A DNA stretch of 64,000 bases from Candidatus Roizmanbacteria bacterium (GTDB taxonomy: Bacteria; Patescibacteriota; Microgenomatia; UBA1406), in the NCBI GenBank assembly GCA_024654535.1, contig JANLHL010000038.1, forward strand, positions 237,299-301,298, given 5' to 3'. Numbering within the stretch: position 1 is the stretch's first letter; every line of letters begins with the position of its first letter. Below are positions 1 through 9,532 of this stretch, one piece after another. Below the pieces are notes generated by a model, which made no database searches, was not told the DNA's origin, and worked only from the letters and a program-made list of their open reading frames with translations. A program made the position numbers and the translations under genes.

Positions 1-1152
1 TTCATAGAAACGAACACCGCCATAAATCCTGTAGGGCACGCCACTGCGTAAACAAAGCTCCTCAAGCATGCGCGACTGGGCGTTGGTTCGGTAAAGAACA
101 GCAATATCATCGAGAGAGTATCCTTGATCTGAGAGTTTTTGTATACGCCCTAATACGAAATCACTTTCCTCATCATCATTTTCTAGTGTAAATACCCCCA
201 CTTCGTCTCCATACTTTTTATCAGTCCACAGTTTTAAAATCGGATGTGTTGTATTGTGTTCTATGACGCTGTATGCTGCGGTCAAAATGGGTTCAGTACT
301 GCGATAGTTTTGTTCAAGATTGAATGTTTTTGCGAGCGGGAAATCGTTTTTGAACTTTTTCAAATTAGTGAAATCTGCGCCTCGCCACGAATAAATGCTT
401 TGTGAGAAATCGCCCACAACTGTGATGTTATTAGTCGCGCTCGATAAAAGTTTTGCGAGCATGTACTGAGCGTGGTTGGTATCTTGATACTCGTCTACCA
501 ACAAAAAACGGTACTGAGTGTGGTAACGACTGAGAACTATTTTCTTTTGCTCAAATAGCCATACTGTTTGCGTAAGAAGATCATCAAAATCAAACGCGTT
601 CGTTTTTTCCAAAACGTTTTGATATTTTTTATATAGTTCGGCGCTTCGTTCTTCAAAAAAATCACGAGCTTCAGAGATAGCTTGGGCTGGAGTAAGTAAT
701 CTATTTTTATAGTCGCTAATACGGTTGAGCGCGCTATATGCTGATATCTTTAGTGTTCCCGATTGTTGTTTCAACAGTTGCTTCATAATCGTCGTTTGAT
801 CAGAGCTATCGAGTATTATGAAATTGCTAGTTTGCACTGAGACTGGTTTATTTCGACGCAGGACACTTGCACAAAACGAGTGGAATGTCGTTGCAGTGAT
901 TTCTTGCGGTGCAAGATCTTTATCTATATAGGTTGTAATGCGATGTTTCATTTCTTTTGCTGCCTTATTGGTAAAAGTAAGCATGAGAATGTTTGATGCT
1001 TTTGCTATATTTTTTTCCAAAAGATACATAGCTTTATAGGTAAGTACGCGAGTTTTGCCGCTACCTGCGCCAGCTAAAATTATCGATGGTCCAGTTGTAT
1101 GGGTAACCGCTGCACGTTGTGATGTATTTAGTTCTTTTGAAAAATTTGTCAT
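1..1152 (-). CDS. UvrD/PcrA/Rep-family ATP-dependent DNA helicase, N-terminal part (the 3' end lies beyond the window start)
   Basis: Reverse-strand translation from the ATG at 1152 gives MTNFSKELNTSQRAAVTHTTGPSIILAGAGSGKTRVLTYK (Walker A / helicase motif I) and later LLVDEYQDTN (motif II, DEYQ). The ORF is open to position 1. Confidence 0.8.
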   Translation of the reverse strand, partial: MTNFSKELNTSQRAAVTHTTGPSIILAGAGSGKTRVLTYKAMYLLEKNIAKASNILMLTFTNKAAKEMKHRITTYIDKDLAPQEITATTFHSFCASVLRRNKPVSVQTSNFIILDSSDQTTIMKQLLKQQSGTLKISAYSALNRISDYKNRLLTPAQAISEARDFFEERSAELYKKYQNVLEKTNAFDFDDLLTQTVWLFEQKKIVLSRYHTQYRFLLVDEYQDTNHAQYMLAKLLSSATNNITVVGDFSQSIYSWRGADFTNLKKFKNDFPLAKTFNLEQNYRSTEPILTAAYSVIEHNTTHPILKLWTDKKYGDEVGVFTLENDDEESDFVLGRIQKLSDQGYSLDDIAVLYRTNAQSRMLEELCLRSGVPYRIYGGVRFYE

Positions 1153-1195
1153 GTGATTACTTCTAAAAGAAAATTAGGTGGTATAATCTTACCAC

Positions 1196-1855
1196 ATGAG
1201 CGCTACAGTGATTGCTAATTTAAAAGCATATTTAAGCGATACGCAATTGAAAGTATGGATACGAGAGTTTGTTTTGGGTATGCAAGACTCTAAAGAGAGC
1301 GAGAACTCGATTATCATATGTCCGCCCGTAACACATTTATTACTCTTTCGTGAGCAGTTAGATGAGAACGATTTATCCTTTATCTCCCTTGGAGCACAGG
1401 ATATTTCAATGTATGAGCAGGGAGCGTATACAGGAGAGGTTACAGGGTCTATGGTACAAGAAGTTGCAGACTATGTACTATTGGGCCATTCGGAACGTAG
1501 AAAGTATCATGGTGAAACACAAGAAGCAGTACAAAAGAAAATAGACATAGCCCAACAGTACGGGTTACTACCGATAGTACTTATGGAGAAACCAGAAAAA
1601 CATGAAGGAACTATTTTTGCCGTTGGCTATGAGCCGGGCAGTTCTATTGGTTCTGGACATCCCGAGCCTGCATCAGAGGCGTACTCGGTAATGAAAACTA
1701 TTGCTAAAAACTATTCAGATGTACTCACTATTTATGGAGGTAGCGTGGATGAAAAAAATGTAAAGGAGTATTTGGCGCATTTTGATGGTGTTTTGGTTGG
1801 TACCGCAAGTGAAGATCCGCACGAGTTTGTGAAAGTTATACAGAAGACATATTGA
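1196..1855 (+). CDS. tpiA: triosephosphate isomerase (short form, 219 aa)
   Basis: VLLGHSERR catalytic motif, AVGYEPGSSIGSG, and YGGSV phosphate-binding loop. An extended −10 (TGGTATAAT) lies 8 nt upstream of the ATG. Confidence 0.8.
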   Translation: MSATVIANLKAYLSDTQLKVWIREFVLGMQDSKESENSIIICPPVTHLLLFREQLDENDLSFISLGAQDISMYEQGAYTGEVTGSMVQEVADYVLLGHSERRKYHGETQEAVQKKIDIAQQYGLLPIVLMEKPEKHEGTIFAVGYEPGSSIGSGHPEPASEAYSVMKTIAKNYSDVLTIYGGSVDEKNVKEYLAHFDGVLVGTASEDPHEFVKVIQKTY

Positions 1856-1895
1856 TATAAGTTAATCTGTAAACAACAGAGACGTTGTTACGAGC

Positions 1896-2435
1896 ATGGC
1901 TGAACGGTTAGCTCTATGGGAAACTGATTATGATACTTATTGTATGCACGAATTGGGTAAGTGTTTTGTAGATAATGCTATCGATCCACTTGTGACAACT
2001 CCTCAATATATAGTTGCCTCTCGTGCATTAAGTGGACAGTTAGATATAGTTCCACGCTCTGTCCTTTTGCATGGTCGGCCTATGAATGCATATACCTCAC
2101 GTGTGAGATCAATTGTCGAAGAAAGAGCACAAAAATATTATGATTTTTGTGCGTGGATAAATCAAAACTGGCTTAACGGAGACAGAGATAGATTTGATAG
2201 AATAGTTGTTGATAGGGCCGCTGATCAGTATGCGCGCACCATGAGAATGAAATTAGATAGAGATTGGGATAGTCGATGGGCAGTCGCTAAGGATAGGTAT
2301 TTGACTTATCAGATTATTGATTTTCAAGACCCAACTCTTGTCAAATTGCTATTAGCATTACAGACTAGCGCGCTTATGCAGTATGTAGAAGCAAGCACAG
2401 ACCCGAATCGATTGCGTCCTTTCTTGTTGCAGTAA
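1896..2435 (+). CDS. hypothetical protein (R/D/W-rich, no recognisable domain)
   Basis: 179-aa ORF. Its composition (many Arg/Asp/Trp, few Lys) differs from the K-rich housekeeping proteins of this window. Confidence 0.4.
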   Translation: MAERLALWETDYDTYCMHELGKCFVDNAIDPLVTTPQYIVASRALSGQLDIVPRSVLLHGRPMNAYTSRVRSIVEERAQKYYDFCAWINQNWLNGDRDRFDRIVVDRAADQYARTMRMKLDRDWDSRWAVAKDRYLTYQIIDFQDPTLVKLLLALQTSALMQYVEASTDPNRLRPFLLQ

Positions 2436-2529
2436 TTTTGTTCAAAATCCTTGCTTTTTTACACATATATAAAAGCCCATGGGCAATTAAAGCGCTATGT
2501 ATGGATGATAAATTCAAAAGAACACGGAA

Positions 2530-2552
2530 CTATTGAAGAGCTGTTTCAATGG
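2530..2552. terminator. hairpin (8-bp stem ctattgaa/ttcaatgg, 7-nt loop) between convergent ORFs; possible bidirectional terminator
   Basis: The inverted repeat is read directly from the sequence. The flank is U-rich but the stem is AU-rich, so it is weak. Confidence 0.25.
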
Positions 2553-2768
2553 TTACTTTCTATATTGGTTAGAGTAAATCACGTTGTCTAAAACTAACAA
2601 CGCCGCAATCAAAGGTCCTGTTGCATTATGGAGTGTGGTTTCTATAATTTCTTCTGCATGTCTACTCATACGTTCAACATGACCACTTCCATTTCCGCCT
2701 AAAGCGAGTATAGCGTCGGTTTGAGTTTGCCTACCTTCGTTCAATATTTTTGGGTCAATACGCTCCAT
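2553..2768 (-). CDS. small hypothetical protein (71 aa)
   Basis: Reverse-strand reading shows GGAGGA 7 nt upstream of the ATG, a rare strong SD in this window. A hairpin at 2530–2552 lies just past its stop. The ORF is convergent with the upstream + gene. Confidence 0.3.
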   Translation of the reverse strand: MERIDPKILNEGRQTQTDAILALGGNGSGHVERMSRHAEEIIETTLHNATGPLIAALLVLDNVIYSNQYRK

Positions 2769-2853
2769 ACCGTATTATCCTCCAACTCGATTAAATTGCA
2801 AGTAAAAATTACCAAAGTGTTTTACTATAGGTTGTAGTGTGGTATAATTTCAC

Positions 2854-3546
2854 ATGACTGTTGAAGATATACAGACAACTGGGTCAGATTTACGGACAAC
2901 TGTTGAACAAGGTACTACTCTGCCTATCCAGATTGAGGCCCATCTTGTGCTTGCTCATGAACTTTGCCAACTAGCGAGGTACGAATCGGGTATGGATAAT
3001 TTAGGTCAATACGATGCGGCCATCGGTGCTTTCCAGAGGTATGCAGATTTAGTCAATGCATCAGCAGGAGTATTGCCTACTAGTGATGCTGTAGATTTAC
3101 GAACTGAAGTACTAAATCAAATGTATGCATTAAATCTTATCCCTCCTGAGCAAATGCCTCTAGCACTGCGTATAGGATTAGATGAAGTTGCTTTAAAGAG
3201 AGCTGGGAAAATTGTTCCTGCTATTCTAGATAAATTAACTCATAATTGTCCAGTTTTAGTTGGCACTTGGGATACGCGTAGTGTTATTGAACAACAACTA
3301 ATTATTGAAGCATTATATCAGGAAAGAGTAGATTGGCAAAACATGGATAGGATACGTTTGTTATATGAATTATTTGTTCAGAAACAAAGTATCGAAAATC
3401 CGCTCAATATAAAAGATAAATATAAATCTGCATGGATATTGCTTGATAGGTTAGGTATCAATATTCTCCTTAACGAAAGACAAGCGTATAATCGTAACGT
3501 TCCTGGGAAAAATAAAACAAAAGATAGGTTTCTATTAGCAATATGA
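2854..3546 (+). CDS. hypothetical protein (230 aa, predicted α-helical)
   Basis: ORF with GTGGTATAAT 5 nt upstream of the ATG. No recognisable motif. Confidence 0.45.
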   Translation: MTVEDIQTTGSDLRTTVEQGTTLPIQIEAHLVLAHELCQLARYESGMDNLGQYDAAIGAFQRYADLVNASAGVLPTSDAVDLRTEVLNQMYALNLIPPEQMPLALRIGLDEVALKRAGKIVPAILDKLTHNCPVLVGTWDTRSVIEQQLIIEALYQERVDWQNMDRIRLLYELFVQKQSIENPLNIKDKYKSAWILLDRLGINILLNERQAYNRNVPGKNKTKDRFLLAI

Positions 3547-3664
3547 TCATAATGCCTGAGGAACTTGGTAAAAATGGTGCACGAACAACCATTGACTAAA
3601 AACAAATGAGTGAGGGATAGTTTACTATAGGTTTAAATTTCGCTCACAGTTGGTATAATAAGAA

Positions 3665-4489
3665 ATGTCAAACGAGATCCAACAAAAGTTTTTAGACTTA
3701 AGAAAATCACGCGACTTTGCTAAACTAAATCCGGCACTGTCAGTTGATTTTCATATAAGTGAAACGTCGGCACTAAACTGCTTAGGTGATTATTCAAGAA
3801 GGTATATTGTAGACGCTTGTTTTCCAAAACCGTCACTCGTGGACATTCATAGAAAGCGAATAGAATCTTTATTAAACAGAGGGAGATACCCATTTATCAT
3901 ACTTGATATTGGTGGCATGTTGGGCAAATCCATGGGTTTACTTGCGGATGAGTTTAGAGTGCACATAGATAATTCTCAGATGGCAATAGTTGTTTCAAAT
4001 CTCTATTTTGATCCTTTAAAAAGACCATATACCATAGAATGTCCAACATTTGACCCAGGTAAGAGCGACGTATATTATTTGACAGGAAGCTCTCAAAGAC
4101 TACGAAAACAGTCAGTCATTCTACCAGACGGAACTGTGTTACCTTTGAGAGGGAACGTTGCTTTGATGAATGAAGCCTTTTCTCTATCGTATTGGTCGCC
4201 TAATCCCTCAAGAGAAGTTATAGAAGCAGCATCTCTGCTGAGAGGTGATGGACTATATATGGTATACAGCCATAAAGATGAAAGTAATATGGAAGGCTGG
4301 ATGGTCAAACCAATCCCAAAGGATACAAGACATGAAAGGCAACAAAGACTGCTCAGAGCATATGAAACTGCTTGTAGGCTTTATGGGTTAACTCAAGTTA
4401 CGGCAGTTGAGGTGGGTACATATGATGGGTTACCCATTGTGAACGCACATATATTTCGGAAACAAAATGCCCTGCCTTTTGAGGTATGA
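3665..4489 (+). CDS. hypothetical protein (274 aa)
   Basis: ORF with TTGGTATAAT 5 nt upstream of the ATG. ILDIGGMLGKS is only a weak resemblance to a nucleotide/SAM-binding G-rich loop, so no call is made. Confidence 0.45.
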   Translation: MSNEIQQKFLDLRKSRDFAKLNPALSVDFHISETSALNCLGDYSRRYIVDACFPKPSLVDIHRKRIESLLNRGRYPFIILDIGGMLGKSMGLLADEFRVHIDNSQMAIVVSNLYFDPLKRPYTIECPTFDPGKSDVYYLTGSSQRLRKQSVILPDGTVLPLRGNVALMNEAFSLSYWSPNPSREVIEAASLLRGDGLYMVYSHKDESNMEGWMVKPIPKDTRHERQQRLLRAYETACRLYGLTQVTAVEVGTYDGLPIVNAHIFRKQNALPFEV

Positions 4490-4502
4490 ATATGTGTGGA
4501 TC

Positions 4503-5408
4503 ATGAAGAATACGTTTTCTGTGTTAGAATATACCATGGCAAAAGGCCCAGTCTTATCTATTCTCATAATTAATTACAATACAAAGAAGCTTACACTAGA
4601 GTGTTTAGAAAGTATTTATGCTTTTGACACTATCGGTGTGGAAGTATTGGTACTTGATAATAATTCATCCGATGGATCCGTCTCTGCAATACGTACACAG
4701 TTTCCAAAGGTACGTTTATTTTCTAAAAAACAGAACCTAGGATTTTCAAAAGGAAACAATTTTTTATTAGAACAGGCAAAAGGTGTGTACGTTTTATTTT
4801 TAAATTCAGATATCAAAGTGCTTAATAATGGTATTCAAAACCTTCTTTCGTGTTATCAGAATAATGAAAAACATGTTGCGTTCATGGGAGCCAAGCTGTT
4901 CAATGCAAATATGAGTCCGCAACCCTCGTGCGGACCCTTTTATACTCTACCTGTAGTGTTTGCTGCACTTTTTCTAAGAGGTGACTACTGGGGCTTGACA
5001 CGGCGTTCTCCTAATAGATTTAGCGTAGTCGACTGGGTGTCGGGTGCGTGTATTATGACAACGAAGCGCGCAATGAATACTGTTGGCGGATTTGATGAAG
5101 TAATATTTATGTATATGGAAGAAATAGATTTGCTTTATCGTGCGCGTAGTAAAGGTCTTCTTACTGCATTTTGTCCTCGCGCGCGCTTTATTCATTACGG
5201 TTCTGCCTCAAGTAATGGGCGTACCATGCCTATCTTAAATGTATTTAGTGGATTTATATATTTCTATTCCAAACATTACTCAAAAATAGAGATATTCCTA
5301 TTAAAAGGTATGTTACAATTAAAGGCATGGGTTGGATATGGTATCGGCACAATTACAGGTAACAGCTATTTGAAGAAAACCTATGGGCAAGCTCGCAGAA
5401 TTATTTAA
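4503..5408 (+). CDS. family 2 glycosyltransferase
   Basis: LSILIINYNT…LVLDNNSSDGS…DSD-like segments are typical of a GT2 (GT-A fold) N-terminus. The ATG at 4503 follows the upstream stop; the ORF track's 4467 start overlaps the upstream gene. Confidence 0.7.
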   Translation: MKNTFSVLEYTMAKGPVLSILIINYNTKKLTLECLESIYAFDTIGVEVLVLDNNSSDGSVSAIRTQFPKVRLFSKKQNLGFSKGNNFLLEQAKGVYVLFLNSDIKVLNNGIQNLLSCYQNNEKHVAFMGAKLFNANMSPQPSCGPFYTLPVVFAALFLRGDYWGLTRRSPNRFSVVDWVSGACIMTTKRAMNTVGGFDEVIFMYMEEIDLLYRARSKGLLTAFCPRARFIHYGSASSNGRTMPILNVFSGFIYFYSKHYSKIEIFLLKGMLQLKAWVGYGIGTITGNSYLKKTYGQARRII

Positions 5409-6903
5409 ACCGTTTACAAAGGCAAAATTCCGTTTCATTCACTGGGTTCTGTTGTTGTATATATTTTTTATTCCTCTATGGCCAAAGATTCCCTTCAGGG
5501 ATGTTGAATACACCTATATCAATATTCGGTATGAAGACATTTTTTTGGGTTTCCTTGCAGTCCTGTTTGTAATAGAAATACTGCGCGGTAAGGCGCGCAT
5601 ATTAAAAAATCCCTATTTACGGTGGATTGTATTGTACTGGGTGGTTGTGTTTATTGCTTTTTTATATGGACATTTTATTTCTAAGACAGTGCCTGTCTTC
5701 AATATTGGGTTGCTTCACAGTTTGCGGAGAGTTGAGTATATGTTTCCATTCTTTGTCTTTTTTGCATTGGTAGAAAATGCGCGGCAATTTCGTATATATG
5801 CAGTAAGTATTTTTTTGGCACTTTTTGGTGTCATTATTTACGCATTTGGACAAAAATTTATTGGTTGGCCAGCCTATTTGACAATGAATCCGGTATTTTC
5901 GACGGGAATTCCACTCCTTTTGAAATATGAATCTCGCATAGCTTCCACTTTTGGGGGGCATTATGATTTGGGTGCATTCCTGGTAGTCTTGATCCCGTCA
6001 ACTCTTGCCATGTTTGCAGCTGGAAAGAAAAAATATGGAGTACTTTTTTTTCTATCCCTTCTTGTGTTAGTCTATACCGCTTCTCGTACATCGTTTATTT
6101 CATACATCGTTTCTGCGACAGCACTGTTGATATTTTTGCGTAAATGGAAAATGTCGGTGGTCATTATTGCTATTAGTGCAGTGATGATGTTGTTTACACG
6201 AGACTTGACGGATAGATTTATGAAAACTTTTTCGGTACGTCAGATTTTAGTGAACAACAAAACTGGACAAGTTTATGTACCGAAGCGTGTCGGTAAAGAT
6301 GAATTGCCTGCAGGAAGTTTGTACGTGCCGCTCAATAAAAATAAATCTGAGAAGCTAGGCACCGCTGTTACGAATTTAAAGAAAGATATTTTGGCGGAAG
6401 AGAAAATCAAAAATGCAAGTGCAGCTGCGCTGTCAGGAAATGATATAAATTCATCGGGAAGTTCAGAACAAAATCTGGAAGCAGTATCTGGGGTCGTCTA
6501 TGACATTTCTTCAGCAACAAGACTACAAGTGGAATGGCCTCGCGCAATAAATGCTTTCTTATCGAACCCATTATTGGGGACTGGTCCGTCTTCGATAACA
6601 GAGGCGACAGACGGTGACTACTTTAGGGCAGTTGGGGAAACGGGCATACTCGGTTTCACGTTATTGTTTGGGATAGTATTATTTTTGCAAAAAGAATTCT
6701 TTTTTAAAGCAAAAACATTGGCGAAGAACGCTCAATACGCATACTATGGTGTAGTTTTTGGGGCGTTCGGGCTTATGATCAATGCTATATATATTGATGT
6801 TTTTGAGGCATCAAAAATAGCATTCTTTGTTTGGTGTTTGTGGGGTATTTACGCAAAGGCGCTCGAATTCAGTAAAGCAGATATTAATAAGGCGTTTGAA
6901 TAA
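5383..6903 (+). CDS. O-antigen ligase / Wzy-type polymerase family membrane protein
   Basis: More than ten predicted TM helices. A large extracytoplasmic loop and the C-terminal LGTGPSS…DGDYFRAVGETGILG segment match the Wzy_C/O-antigen-ligase signature (GxG…DN.YL…E.G..G). Confidence 0.55.
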   Translation: MGKLAELFKPFTKAKFRFIHWVLLLYIFFIPLWPKIPFRDVEYTYINIRYEDIFLGFLAVLFVIEILRGKARILKNPYLRWIVLYWVVVFIAFLYGHFISKTVPVFNIGLLHSLRRVEYMFPFFVFFALVENARQFRIYAVSIFLALFGVIIYAFGQKFIGWPAYLTMNPVFSTGIPLLLKYESRIASTFGGHYDLGAFLVVLIPSTLAMFAAGKKKYGVLFFLSLLVLVYTASRTSFISYIVSATALLIFLRKWKMSVVIIAISAVMMLFTRDLTDRFMKTFSVRQILVNNKTGQVYVPKRVGKDELPAGSLYVPLNKNKSEKLGTAVTNLKKDILAEEKIKNASAAALSGNDINSSGSSEQNLEAVSGVVYDISSATRLQVEWPRAINAFLSNPLLGTGPSSITEATDGDYFRAVGETGILGFTLLFGIVLFLQKEFFFKAKTLAKNAQYAYYGVVFGAFGLMINAIYIDVFEASKIAFFVWCLWGIYAKALEFSKADINKAFE

Positions 6904-6908
6904 AATAT

Positions 6909-8345
6909 ATGAAAAGTAAAAAACTCATTTTCTATGTACTATTGATTATTTTATTGGCACTGGGTTTGTTTGTACGAAAATATAAGATTGATGCGCCACT
7001 GTCCGATTGGTTCTCGTGGAGGCAAACTGACACTGCAGCGGTAGGTCGTTTTTTTGCTAAAGACGGTATAGATGTTATGAAGCCTCGTTTTTACGATCTT
7101 TCCAGTATACAGACAGGCATAGAGAATCCCCACGGGTATCGAATGGTGGAATTCCCTGCATATAGTGCGACATTTGCTTATCTCTATAAGACGTTTGGTA
7201 CGGTGAGTATCGAAACGTGGGCAAGAATTGTCACGACGGTGCTTTCATTGGCTGCACTGGCAGTTATTTACACCTTGCTTTATGAGGAAACAGGGCTTTT
7301 TGGTGCATTTTTTGGAGGGTTATTTTTTGCTGTATTTCCGTATGTAGTTTTTTATTCTCATACAATTTTGCCAGACATGCCGGCAACAAGCTTGGCTGTT
7401 TTGTCGATATATTTCACCTATAGATATTCCCGAGGCAAGAGTTGGTTCCATCTCATTGTTGGGTTACTACTCTTTGCGCTAGGGCTTTTGCTCAAGCCTA
7501 TGGTTGTGTTCTATGGATTTGTCCATCTATATTTAATTGCGTTTGCATTGGGCAGGAGGGGGAAAAAGGCGGTTCTTGCTCTCTTGGTCTTTTCGCTGAG
7601 TGCTATTCCGGTCTATTTATGGAGACGGTATATCCAACAGTTTCCAGAAGGTATTCCAGCAAATAGTTGGCTATTTACGTCGGTTAGCACACCAGCTGGT
7701 CTTCAGGAAATATTTTTGCGCCCCGCTTTTTTTCGATGGATATTTTATGAGCGCATCAATAACCTGATTTTAGGTGGATATGGTATGTTTTTTGTGATAT
7801 ATGGATTCTTTTATAAAACAAAACAGACTTTTCTTCACTATGCTTTTGCTATTGCCGCACTGTCATACTTATTTGTGTTTGAAGGGGGGAATGTACAGCA
7901 TGATTACTACCAGATTATCATTATACCTGCATTGGCGATGCTACTTGGATATGGTGTACAACTTTTTATAAATCAGCGCCAAATGGGGTTATTAATCGTG
8001 CGTATAGCTACGGTATGTATAATCTTTGGTGCGTCTATTGCTTTTTCGTATTATCAAATAAAGCCGTACTACAACCAGAATTCAGATTGGCTACTGATTG
8101 CAGATGTTATTCGGTCGGTTACCTCTCCAAAAGACACGATTGTACTCGATGCAACGGGAGATACGACAATTTTGTATCTATCAGACCGAAAGGGCTATCC
8201 TGCTCCGTATAAAGAACTTTCAGAATTTAAAAAACAAGGCGCAGATTATTTTGTCACTACAAATAGCGACTATAAGAATAAATTTAAAGATTCTTCCTAT
8301 TCGCTTATATTTGAAAATGACAAAGTTCTGGTGTTTCGATTATGA
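6909..8345 (+). CDS. polytopic membrane glycosyltransferase, ArnT/PMT-like (GT39/GT83-type)
   Basis: 478 aa with about 12 TM helices and a C-terminal soluble domain. The assignment is by overall architecture only. Confidence 0.4.
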   Translation: MKSKKLIFYVLLIILLALGLFVRKYKIDAPLSDWFSWRQTDTAAVGRFFAKDGIDVMKPRFYDLSSIQTGIENPHGYRMVEFPAYSATFAYLYKTFGTVSIETWARIVTTVLSLAALAVIYTLLYEETGLFGAFFGGLFFAVFPYVVFYSHTILPDMPATSLAVLSIYFTYRYSRGKSWFHLIVGLLLFALGLLLKPMVVFYGFVHLYLIAFALGRRGKKAVLALLVFSLSAIPVYLWRRYIQQFPEGIPANSWLFTSVSTPAGLQEIFLRPAFFRWIFYERINNLILGGYGMFFVIYGFFYKTKQTFLHYAFAIAALSYLFVFEGGNVQHDYYQIIIIPALAMLLGYGVQLFINQRQMGLLIVRIATVCIIFGASIAFSYYQIKPYYNQNSDWLLIADVIRSVTSPKDTIVLDATGDTTILYLSDRKGYPAPYKELSEFKKQGADYFVTTNSDYKNKFKDSSYSLIFENDKVLVFRL

Positions 8346-9532
8346 GGATACTCATGGTTACGCCATACTTGCCGTTTCCTCCGGTAAGCGGTGGGCAAAC
8401 GCGTTCATACCATCTTATAAAACGGTTGGCAAAACGTCATTCTATAACACTGTATTGTTACTACCGAAAAGAATCAGAGCGTGAATATGTGCAGTATTTG
8501 AAACCGTATGTTACGGAAGTACATATGATCAAGCGCAGAGCTGTACTTCATCCGTTACATTTTCTTTTAAGCTTTTTTACTAGTATGCCTTTCTTGCTTG
8601 TCAGTACTTACTATTCTCCAACGCTGAAAAAGCTTATTGCGTGCGAACTCGCTACCAATAAGTATGATCTCATACATTGTGAAACTTTCTATGTATCACC
8701 GAATGTACCTGAAACACATTTACCAATTATATTAGTTGAACAAACAGTTGAGTATCATGTCTATGAACATTTTGTAAGAAAATTACCTTCTGTTCTTCGA
8801 TTCTTTTTGAGGTTTGAATTACTGAAGTTACTAAATTGGGAAAAACGCACATGGCAGCGAGCAAATCGTATTGTGACTGTTTCTGCAGAAGATGCGTCAG
8901 CCGTCACAGCATTAGATCCACGACAGAGAAATAAATTAGACGTTGTACCTAATGGTACTGCAGTAGAAGATTTCCATATAAAAAGATCTACCTTCAATGC
9001 AAACCGTCCGGTTATATGTTATGTTGGCAATTTTAAATGGTTGCAGAATAAAGAAGCTTTGTGGTATCTCTTACAGAAAATATACCCAATACTCTTACGT
9101 GATATACCAAATGCAAAATTTGTTGTGGCTGGTAAGCATATTCCAAAATCAGCTATTCAGAGCTATAACAAAGTAGATTTTTTTGAATCGGTGCCACAAA
9201 TCCAAGAAATTTACAATAAAGCAGACATACTTATAGCTCCACTTTTTGGTCCTGGAGGTACACGTTTGAAAATTTTAGAATCAATGGCCTCGGGAGTATT
9301 GGTTGCAACGACTAGAGTGGGGGCTATGGGTCTTAATTTAGTTGATATGAAAGATGTGCTGTTGTTTGAAAACCCAAAGGAATTGCGCAAAAAATTAAAT
9401 AACGTACTTGCACATCGTACGATCATGCAAGATATTGTAAGAGCTGCATTCAAAAAAGTGAGCAGTGAATTTGATTGGAACGCAATAGTGAGGAAACTTG
9501 AAAAAAATTATGAAATTGCATTAAATTCATGA
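8342..9532 (+). CDS. family 4 (GT-B, 'group 1') glycosyltransferase
   Basis: N-terminal MRILMVTPYLPFPPVSGGQ. The C-terminal half has the GT4 pattern, including …ESMASGVLVAT. Confidence 0.7.
   Translation: MRILMVTPYLPFPPVSGGQTRSYHLIKRLAKRHSITLYCYYRKESEREYVQYLKPYVTEVHMIKRRAVLHPLHFLLSFFTSMPFLLVSTYYSPTLKKLIACELATNKYDLIHCETFYVSPNVPETHLPIILVEQTVEYHVYEHFVRKLPSVLRFFLRFELLKLLNWEKRTWQRANRIVTVSAEDASAVTALDPRQRNKLDVVPNGTAVEDFHIKRSTFNANRPVICYVGNFKWLQNKEALWYLLQKIYPILLRDIPNAKFVVAGKHIPKSAIQSYNKVDFFESVPQIQEIYNKADILIAPLFGPGGTRLKILESMASGVLVATTRVGAMGLNLVDMKDVLLFENPKELRKKLNNVLAHRTIMQDIVRAAFKKVSSEFDWNAIVRKLEKNYEIALNS

Noticed and set aside
4467-4502. ORF-track start of the GT2 gene at 4467
   Set aside because: It overlaps the preceding ORF. 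An ATG at 4503 follows the upstream stop, and homology to GT2 N-termini begins after it.
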